Origin: Candidatus Saccharimonadota bacterium
GTDB lineage: Archaea > Micrarchaeota > Micrarchaeia > Micrarchaeales > Micrarchaeaceae
DNA length: 32,000 nucleotides
Direction: 5' to 3'
Assembly: GCA_963705375.1 (NCBI GenBank)
Contig: OY970071.1
Span: 630,001 to 662,000, forward strand
Numbering within the stretch: position 1 is the first letter of the stretch; each line of letters starts with the position of its first letter. The position numbers were made by a program, and so were the translations under genes. The notes beneath the pieces were generated by a model. The model made no database searches, was not told the origin of the DNA, and saw only the letters and a program-made list of their open reading frames with translations. This document shows positions 1 through 6,236 of this stretch, one piece after another.

Positions 1-274
1 CCTGATAAGTCAGGGGCCTTAGGTGATTGTGCTTCAAAAGTTTCATAGACTTGGCATGATTTGCCTCGGTTTCAGATACGAATACGCCAGTATTGTTTAC
101 TTCCGTAAACTGTGTTTCCGTGATCGCTTTAGTTTTGGGCATTTTATCAAAGCTATCTATTACCATTATCTCCGTTTGTCCAGATACGCATACTATTGGT
201 TTTCCTGACAGTTTATTTACGACTCTTTGTTGAAAATAACCCCATCTTTCGTCCAGCACGATCGCTTCGAGCAC
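1..274 (-). CDS. hypothetical protein, N-terminal part only (gene runs off the left edge)
   Basis: The minus-strand frame has no stop codon from position 307 down to position 2. My hand translation reads VLEAIVLDERWGYFQQRVVNKLSGKPIVCVSGQTEIMVIDSFDKMPKTKAITETQFTEVNNTGVFVSETEANHAKSMKLL. It is absent from the ORF track because its stop lies outside the window. The start is a guess (GTG at 274 or ATG at 166). No family recognised. Confidence 0.3.
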   Translation of the reverse strand, partial: MLEAIVLDERWGYFQQRVVNKLSGKPIVCVSGQTEIMVIDSFDKMPKTKAITETQFTEVNNTGVFVSETEANHAKSMKLLKHNHLRPLTYQ

Positions 275-307
275 GTAGAGTGTGCAGCAAAACCTGCTTA
301 AGCAACC

Positions 308-925
308 CTAAACGATCAAGTCCCTAAGCGCAAGTGGTTCGTATTCCCAATCTCGAAGTTCTTCCATTCTAGATCGGCTAATCTCAGTATCTACAGTACC
401 ACATAAATCGCATGCAATTTTGTGCAGCTTATATGATGCCTCTTTATCATTCTTTATATCAAAGCCTTCAACGCTTATTTCAATATAATGTTCCTGGTGA
501 TTGTAGGTCACTACGACATAAATACCGTTTTCGGCTTCGGAACTGTGGTACACATCCTCAAAAGGCTCACGCATTTTGTAAGGAGTTTCGTTCTTTGGAA
601 GAATGCCTCGTATGTTATCCAATTTATCCTCAGGAACCTCAAACCTGTAGAATATGGCACCATACGCACTATTGTAGTGGTATATAAAATTTCCCATATA
701 TTGGGCCGCCTGTTCATTTTGCACTTCTTTTTTTGTAGTATCAATATGGACTTTTCCTGTAGTTGGCACAGTATCACAGTAATGTTCCGTATTTCCAGAT
801 ATTTCTATGTTTCTGTTGCCCAATTCCAACGGCGCGGAAGGCATAAAAGCGCACGCACAAATATACTGGATAGAGAGCATGGAGGAAAGCGAGGAGAAGG
901 ATATAAGGTATGTCCTAGAAGTCAT
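308..925 (-). CDS. hypothetical protein (start uncertain)
   Basis: 205-aa ORF in the track with ATG at 925. In-frame alternative ATGs lie at 880 and 844. The longest form overlaps the divergent gene at 879 by 47 nt, so a shorter form is likely. No recognisable domain. Confidence 0.5.
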   Translation of the reverse strand: MTSRTYLISFSSLSSMLSIQYICACAFMPSAPLELGNRNIEISGNTEHYCDTVPTTGKVHIDTTKKEVQNEQAAQYMGNFIYHYNSAYGAIFYRFEVPEDKLDNIRGILPKNETPYKMREPFEDVYHSSEAENGIYVVVTYNHQEHYIEISVEGFDIKNDKEASYKLHKIACDLCGTVDTEISRSRMEELRDWEYEPLALRDLIV

Positions 926-1325
926 TTCACCAGATAAGCAACGCTATGATACGCCTGGAGACTGGGTGCCAGGCAAGCCGGCCAGAATTGTCAGTTCAAA
1001 AATGGAAAAGGAGGATTACGAGTTCCTCATCCTGCTTCATGAACTTATAGAATATCACCTGTGCAAAAAGAAAGGGATCACTGATGAAGCTGTGGTCGAG
1101 TTCGACAAAAAATTTGAAGAGGACCGCAAAGAGGGAAAGCACTCTGCGATGGAAGAGCCAGGAAACAGCCCGCAAGCTCCGTACAGGGACGAGCACGTGT
1201 TCGCAACAAAGCTAGAAAGACTAATGGCGAAGAAGTTGAGCGTTGACTGGGAAAGATACAGTGAGGCAGTGCACGGAGTGCCCAAAGAAGAAGGAAAGAA
1301 ACATTGGTGGATATTCAAAAGATGA
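879..1325 (+). CDS. hypothetical protein, acidic/charged, 148 aa
   Basis: This is the in-frame ATG (MEESEEK...) inside track ORF 807..1325. A TATA-like gcataaaag sits at 841-849, about 30 nt upstream. The protein contains LLHELIEYHLC and DEHVFATKLERLMAKKLSVDWERY. Family not recognised. Confidence 0.55.
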   Translation: MEESEEKDIRYVLEVISPDKQRYDTPGDWVPGKPARIVSSKMEKEDYEFLILLHELIEYHLCKKKGITDEAVVEFDKKFEEDRKEGKHSAMEEPGNSPQAPYRDEHVFATKLERLMAKKLSVDWERYSEAVHGVPKEEGKKHWWIFKR

Positions 1326-1334
1326 ATGGCAGGA

Positions 1335-2639
1335 CTAGAAATACCCCCAGCTGAGCAGCATGTCGCTGTCCCTGAACCATCTTTGACCTATGTCTGAACG
1401 ATAGAACATGTTAGGCATCATGACATTCTTGACATTCTGGTACGTTTTCTGTATCGCTTCTGACATTGAAGGGCCAGAACCAGTGACTACTAGCGCATAG
1501 CCAGACTCTCCTGCAATGTACCAGTCATTACCTATCCTTTTCACTTCACCTATGTGTATCCCGTCAAGGCTTTGGTGCTTGAACAGGATAGCAGCGCCTT
1601 CAGAATATTTTTTGAATGCCTTTTGGTCTTCAAATGGGAAAGGAGGTATTGCAACAACCACGCCAAGCTGGTATCCTTTCTTCGCCTTCAATTGCGCATC
1701 CTTTCCATGCGCAAGATCGTATAGGAAAGCACCCCATTCGCTGGCAATCCCTTCCATCTGGATGCTTATCGTAGGGTAGCCGAAGCGTGCAGTCCATTCC
1801 AGAGGATATATTCCCCTGCCATTCACTATGCAGTTTATGTCTATGTAACCCACATAACCGCTAGCCACAAGTCTTTCTTTGGTCTTTAACAGCGTGTTCT
1901 CGAATATCGGATTGCTTTTGGTCCAGTACATCGATGTGCCCATCTCTCCTGTGCTTGGACCTATTTCATCAGGAAACAGGTGCTTGTGCTCAAAGTTGAT
2001 GTTAACCGGGGTTATGAAGTTTTTCCCGTTGAAGAAGGCACCTACTGCGATTTCTACACCTTCGGCCACTTTCTGGATCAAAAATTCCTTTATCTTTTTG
2101 GACCACATCGCCTTGTAATGCTCAAGGACCTGCAGGACATCTATGCCGTTCTCTTCGCGACCAACGAACAAGAGTTCCTTCTCGTCCTGTATCTCGCCAC
2201 TCGGCTTTATCACATACTTGTCAGGATTAGCCTTTACGAATGCTATTGCCTCATCGAACGAAGTGAAATTGCGATAAGGAAGTATCGTTACTCCAGAATC
2301 CTTCAGTTCGCTTTGGCCGAACTTTCTGTCAAACTCAAGCCGGTCAGTATATGTTGAGCCGCCAACAACGAACTTTCCGGCTTTTCTCAACTGATCTGCT
2401 TCTTCTCCGAAACCTACGTCGTCAAAAAGGATAACATCGGCCCAGTCTTTGTATTGCACCCAGTCATCGATCTTTTCTATAAACCCGTCTCCGACATCCT
2501 TCTCGGGCTGATTTTTGCAAAAGAATTTGACTTCATGCCCTTCCTTTGTTATCTGCCACGCAAGATCAGAAGAAAGAGCTTCTTCAGTGACAAACAAGAA
2601 CTTGTATTTCTTTTTTTCTTCTTCAACGGTCGTGGTCAT
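1335..2639 (-). CDS. ATP-grasp ligase, PurD-like (phosphoribosylamine-glycine ligase family) but non-canonical
   Basis: The 434-aa ORF is collinear with PurD as I remember it. [23 protein letters not shown] corresponds to [36 protein letters not shown] to FNCRFGDPETQPIM, and the C-terminal [10 protein letters not shown] to FCRKDIGWRA. The N-terminal GGREHA loop is absent. ATG at 2639 has a TATA-like tttatacataaaat about 20 nt upstream on the minus strand. Confidence 0.8.
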   Translation of the reverse strand: [434 protein letters not shown]

Positions 2640-2727
2640 CAGATCGCTTGACTTTTCATGATTTTATGTATAAATCGCTGAAAACTTTTAAACCTTCTTG
2701 ATGCTTGTGCGTATTGCCCTATCAGTC

Positions 2728-3957
2728 TTACATCTCATCATAGGATTTCAGGATTATGTCTGCGCTGTCGATTTTTAACGAACTCAACAACTTGTTCAGA
2801 GCTCTGATTCCGCTTTTGCTTTGCGGCACGGTGACTTCTACAAAATCACCAAGCTCTGTCGTATTGTCCCCTTCTGTTTTGCAAACGCATGTGTCCACGC
2901 CGAAAATGAGTCCATTGTAGAAGTACAATGTTCTGTCTTTTGTGATCACCTTGGGTTTTATGACATACACAGACGATATTCCCTGCTCGGTCTTGCGGTC
3001 TATCTCGAATTCGAACTTATACCGTTCTACTGCGTAGTTATTTGGCAATTTTGGGCCCTTGTATGTAAAGACGGTGCTTTTGTTCTCCTTGCGTATTCGT
3101 ATCATCTCTTTAGTGCTCGCGAAAGAGCCGTCTTGTGGGACATAATAATAGTCTGTCTGATTCACGCTTGAAAGACGGCTTGCTCCAATCTTTCGCAAAG
3201 CTTCGGGATCTACACTAGCCCTGTATTTCCTCTGAATTTCTAGAACACCTGCACTTCCCGCCTCTTGATGAGGATTGTAGTCGTTGTCTATTATGATATC
3301 TGCGTTCTGCCTTGTGGGCGCTATGTGCACGCCATACATCGGTTCCACAACATTTGTCATGTATTGCATAGAACGCATCGGTACTGAAAACAGATTATCC
3401 CTTTTACTGTCTCTCATAAGACGCCGCATTATCCTGCCGTGAGATCCGACGTCAACGAACACTCTTACGTCACCCTCTCCAGCAACTTTTTTATTGAGCG
3501 CGAATATACCTTCGAGTATTATTATCCTTTTCGGATTGACCCTTTCATTTCCTGTCCTTTCGCCAGTCTTAAATTCGTATATCGGCTTCTCTATAACTTT
3601 ACCTTCTTTCATCAATCGCAGGTGTTCTTTCAGAAGATCGAGATCCACAGCATCTGGATGGTCAAAATTAAGGCCACGTGCATTGATGCGGCTTGCGCCT
3701 ATGAAATAATCGTCGATTGAAATCAGAATGGCCTTGTCCTTGAACTTTTCTTTTAGTTTGCTTGCGATCTTTGTTGTTTTGCCAGAACCGGAACCGCCGG
3801 CGATCTCCACAATTATCGGATTTGGACTGTTAGGTGCTAACTCGGTTATTCTGTCAAATATGCGGCTTATGCCTGCCTCTAGAGACAATCTTGAGTTTTG
3901 CTTTTTGTTGAGCAAATCAGCAGAAGAATCGCCAGCATTGTTTTTACGGTCTGTCAC
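2728..3957 (-). CDS. uridine kinase/phosphoribulokinase-family P-loop kinase fused to a C-terminal CYTH (triphosphate tunnel) domain
   Basis: 409-aa ORF. The N-terminal half carries Walker A (GGSGSGKTT) plus ISIDDYF, NFDHPDAVDLDLL, PIYEFKTGERTG, IIILEGIFAL and VFVDVGSHGRIMRRLMRDSKRDN, which is the uridine kinase pattern. The C-terminal half starts LEIQRKYRA, which is CYTH ExExK-like. The start is GTG at 3957 with no nearby in-frame ATG, so the true start may be slightly downstream. Confidence 0.8.
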   Translation of the reverse strand: MTDRKNNAGDSSADLLNKKQNSRLSLEAGISRIFDRITELAPNSPNPIIVEIAGGSGSGKTTKIASKLKEKFKDKAILISIDDYFIGASRINARGLNFDHPDAVDLDLLKEHLRLMKEGKVIEKPIYEFKTGERTGNERVNPKRIIILEGIFALNKKVAGEGDVRVFVDVGSHGRIMRRLMRDSKRDNLFSVPMRSMQYMTNVVEPMYGVHIAPTRQNADIIIDNDYNPHQEAGSAGVLEIQRKYRASVDPEALRKIGASRLSSVNQTDYYYVPQDGSFASTKEMIRIRKENKSTVFTYKGPKLPNNYAVERYKFEFEIDRKTEQGISSVYVIKPKVITKDRTLYFYNGLIFGVDTCVCKTEGDNTTELGDFVEVTVPQSKSGIRALNKLLSSLKIDSADIILKSYDEM

Positions 3958-3994
3958 AGCATCGCTTTAAAATTAAATGGTTTAGAAAGAGCTT

Positions 3995-4465
3995 TCACTT
4001 TTGCTCAGGAACTTCTTGAGACGGATTTGCAGTTTGGACCGGCACAGCAGACGGCTTTCCGCCGCGTTTTTCTTGCTTTTCTGTTCGTACATTGACAAAC
4101 TGCAAAGCGACGTCTTCCTCTTGACTGCTTTCTGTCCACGCCTTTATATAAGATGCAATGTTCCTCAAAGGTTTTGAGAATCTGTCGGTCATCAGGTACG
4201 CGTTGTCTTCGTGCTTGAGCAGCCCAACCTGTACACCGTAGTCCAGGTACCTCTTCGCCGTAGCTATGGGTATGTGCTTAGGCACTTGCTTAAGCCGTAT
4301 TCCGTTGTTTCTTTTAGCTTCCAAGAGCAGGAGCGCGAACCGATACGCCTCGGTTTCGTTATCGAAGAATATTTTTGCGACTTCTCGCACCCGTACGTTC
4401 TTCAGTTTCTCTTTAAGCGGAGCATCCTCGAACTCCCAATACTTGATCGACAACCAGGCACCCAA
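3995..4465 (-). CDS. putative winged-helix DNA-binding protein
   Basis: 156-aa ORF with a TTG start and no in-frame ATG near the 5' end. A TATA-like aataataaatag sits about 21 nt upstream on the minus strand. The segment IPIATAKRYLDYGVQVGLLKHEDNAYLMTDRF looks like a recognition helix plus wing. The C-terminal tail is low-complexity. The stop lies 37 nt from the kinase-CYTH start, so co-transcription is likely. Confidence 0.55.
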   Translation of the reverse strand: MGAWLSIKYWEFEDAPLKEKLKNVRVREVAKIFFDNETEAYRFALLLLEAKRNNGIRLKQVPKHIPIATAKRYLDYGVQVGLLKHEDNAYLMTDRFSKPLRNIASYIKAWTESSQEEDVALQFVNVRTEKQEKRGGKPSAVPVQTANPSQEVPEQK

Positions 4466-4565
4466 TTGGTATTTGTACGCAACATCTATTTATTATTGCC
4501 GTTGGCTGCAAAGAACATGCTTAAATAGTCTCCCCGAGAGTAGTCGTACAGTAACAAGTGACTAA

Positions 4566-4643
4566 ATGGCGAAGAAAATTGCGAAGAAGACGACAAAGAA
4601 GACTTCAAAGAAGACGTCTAAGAAAGGATGCAGTTGCTGTTAA
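4566..4643 (+). CDS. 25-aa polybasic micro-protein ending in a Cys cluster (MAKKIAKKTTKKTSKKTSKKGCSCC)
   Basis: Hand-translated ATG..TAA, below the ORF-track size cut-off. A TATA-like gcttaaatag lies about 36 nt upstream. A perfect 10-bp hairpin plus T-run follows 3 nt after the stop. The coding region is built from 12-nt repeats (acgacaaagaag / acttcaaagaag / acgtctaagaaa). It could instead be a small non-coding RNA. Confidence 0.4.
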   Translation: MAKKIAKKTTKKTSKKTSKKGCSCC

Positions 4644-4645
4644 AG

Positions 4646-4682
4646 CAGGAATAGTCTTTACTATTCCTGACTTTCTATTTTT
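4646..4682 (+). terminator. hairpin plus oligo-T terminator after the micro-ORF
   Basis: caggaatagt (4646-4655), loop cttt, actattcctg (4660-4669) form a perfect 10-bp inverted repeat. It is followed by actttctattttt, which contains a T5 run. Confidence 0.6.
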
Positions 4683-4760
4683 GATGCATGCCGCATAGAC
4701 TGCCATGCGTGTTGGTCAAGACGCAACATCCACGAAAAATAAATGCCAGATGAGGGATAG

Positions 4761-5015
4761 TCACTTGGCATACATCGGTGCGCTTTTGACTTCGTGATAG
4801 TATTGTATAACTTTAATGGCCCCTACGACTACGTCAGCAGATTCATTCGTGTTTCCAGTTAGGCCGTACAATGCAATAATTATACGATCTGAATGCTTAT
4901 CCATAGTATAGAGGAAATTCGCCACGATAAGCGGTGTAGAGGATCCGTCTTTGATTGCAGCCACTATCATTTTTGCAGCGTCAGACTCTTCTTTTGATAT
5001 TGTTATACTGGGCAT
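4761..5015 (-). CDS. small hypothetical protein, paralog A (84 aa)
   Basis: ORF track, ATG at 5015. It is homologous to the 94-aa protein at 5262..5546: both start MPS, and they share the pattern A..IK..D.G....IV..FL...D...D.II.IA. A conserved promoter lies 20 nt upstream. Confidence 0.6.
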   Translation of the reverse strand: MPSITISKEESDAAKMIVAAIKDGSSTPLIVANFLYTMDKHSDRIIIALYGLTGNTNESADVVVGAIKVIQYYHEVKSAPMYAK

Positions 5016-5035
5016 AGTATTTCCATAGACTGTTC

Positions 5036-5047
5036 CAGATATTTAGG
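5036..5047 (-). promoter_or_regulatory. TATA box (sense CCTAAATATCTG) of paralog A
   Basis: The plus strand reads cagatatttagg. It lies 20 nt from the ATG at 5015. The same 12-mer recurs at 5572-5583. Confidence 0.6.
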
Positions 5048-5261
5048 TATTGTTATTTATGACAAAATATTTGCATGATTTTGTTACTTTGGTACTCTAA
5101 ATTGTATAGCGTTCATGATTCTGACAAAGGACGAGACAAAAGAGCTGCAAGGTAGCTGCAGTATCTGTACCATTATTTCTCTTTTAAGATAAGGCCAGTC
5201 AAGTACTCATTAAATGCACATTAGCCAGAGCACACCACTTGAAGGGCAGTAGCCAAACAGG

Positions 5262-5546
5262 TCAATAAAAATTATCGCTAGAAGAACCGCGCATCAACCC
5301 AGTGTGCAGCAACTTGCGCGAATTATAGCAGTGCTGAAGCTCGTCGCATGCATTTTTATATAGCCCCGCATATTCTTGGGATTTCAATCGTTTGCACGCA
5401 ATAGTAATAATGTGATCTGCAGTTTCATCAAGCTTATGAAGAAAAGTGTCCACTATGGTATTAGCACGGAAACGTCCACTATCTACAGAGGTTTTGATTG
5501 CCGCTTCAACTTCAGAAGCTTTGCTTTCAATTATTTTGCTCGGCAT
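5262..5546 (-). CDS. small hypothetical protein, paralog B (94 aa)
   Basis: Track ORF 5262..5555 begins at a GTG. The first ATG, at 5546, gives MPSKIIESKA..., parallel to paralog A. The TATA box lies 25 nt upstream. Confidence 0.6.
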   Translation of the reverse strand: MPSKIIESKASEVEAAIKTSVDSGRFRANTIVDTFLHKLDETADHIITIACKRLKSQEYAGLYKNACDELQHCYNSRKLLHTGLMRGSSSDNFY

Positions 5547-5571
5547 AATATTCACTTGAACATCTGGTTTT

Positions 5572-5583
5572 CAGATATTTAGG
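5572..5583 (-). promoter_or_regulatory. TATA box (sense CCTAAATATCTG) of paralog B
   Basis: The plus strand reads cagatatttagg, identical to 5036-5047. It is followed further upstream by a block about 55 nt long that is roughly 75% identical to the block next to paralog A. Confidence 0.6.
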
Positions 5584-5788
5584 TGTTGCTATTCATGACA
5601 GTGTGTTTGCAGAATTTTGTGGTTTTGTAAACTCTCACGGCGTGTAGAAATGCTAAGAGGTCAAGAGCACTAGCAACTAGGGACGGCCGTATTTCCATAA
5701 AGAAAAGGCTAATGGCGAATTCCTTGTAGGTGTTTAGGCCGAACAACTCAATAGATAGATTTTCTGCAAAGGCGAGTCCGAAGGGCGG

Positions 5789-5806
5789 AAATATATAAAT
5801 ATCTCC
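5789..5806 (+). promoter_or_regulatory. TATA box (aaatatataaatatctcc) for the 5833 gene
   Basis: A/T-rich box containing TAAATATCT, about 30 nt upstream of the ATG at 5833. Confidence 0.5.
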
Positions 5807-5832
5807 ATAAACTCATCGAATCCGATGGTATA

Positions 5833-6222
5833 ATGCCTAGCGATAAGAAAACGCATATAGCCGAAAATAAATCGGAGCCAAAGGAAAAGGTAGAATACAC
5901 TCTTGTTAAGGACGCTGTGTCGGACATCATATACTCGGAACAAAGAGAGGGAGTAATACTTACCATACATATTGAGGATGAAGACACTTTCAAATCATTA
6001 AACGGAATTTTAAGAGGTGTAGAAGAATTTGAGATTCACATGATGGGTAAAGAGCCTACTGGAAACGAAGAGTGTAATGTTGGGGAAATGAAAGACGGCG
6101 AACAAGTTGAATGGTTTGGACATCTATCGTTTATGGTAGCATCGAAGGGCAACATTCCCACCATCAGAAAGGATATGGAAGACCTAGCAAACGCGCCTGA
6201 AGGAGAGCGTGCCGATGAGTAA
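5833..6222 (+). CDS. acidic hypothetical protein (129 aa)
   Basis: ORF track, ATG start (MPSDKK...), promoter upstream. It ends 14 nt from the convergent SRP54 stop. No family recognised. Confidence 0.55.
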   Translation: MPSDKKTHIAENKSEPKEKVEYTLVKDAVSDIIYSEQREGVILTIHIEDEDTFKSLNGILRGVEEFEIHMMGKEPTGNEECNVGEMKDGEQVEWFGHLSFMVASKGNIPTIRKDMEDLANAPEGERADE

Positions 6223-6236
6223 TAAAATCGTGACAC

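Noticed and set aside
807-878. A 24-codon upstream extension of the 879..1325 gene (MFLLPNSNGAEGIKAHAQIYWIES).
   Set aside because: It overlaps the divergent gene and the candidate TATA box at 841-849. The ATG at 879 has the expected promoter spacing.
4690-4760. Possible box C/D sRNA or structured RNA between the micro-ORF terminator and paralog A (tgatgc / agatgag motifs, small gcatg..catgc inverted repeat).
   Set aside because: There are no proper C (RUGAUGA) and D (CUGA) box pairs on either strand, and the stem is only 5 bp.
5059-5100. Tiny plus-strand ORFs (13 aa at 5059-5100 and 11 aa at 5595-5630) inside the duplicated upstream blocks, considered as separate coding calls.
   Set aside because: The TATA-like box lies only about 8-12 nt upstream, too close to give a transcript that includes the ATG. 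The conservation is equally well explained by a protein-binding site. They are kept only as an alternative reading in the duplication finding.
5115-5192. A 25-aa plus-strand ORF (MILTKDETKELQGSCSICTIISLLR), whose GSCSIC loosely echoes the GCSCC tail of the 4566 micro-ORF.
   Set aside because: It has no convincing promoter or terminator, there is no repeat structure, and the similarity is limited to a few Cys and Ser residues.
5640-5790. A ~190-nt non-coding gap upstream of paralog B, examined for a tRNA or other RNA gene.
   Set aside because: No T-loop (GTTCRAATC) or acceptor-stem pairing could be found by eye, and no significant inverted repeats. It is left unannotated.
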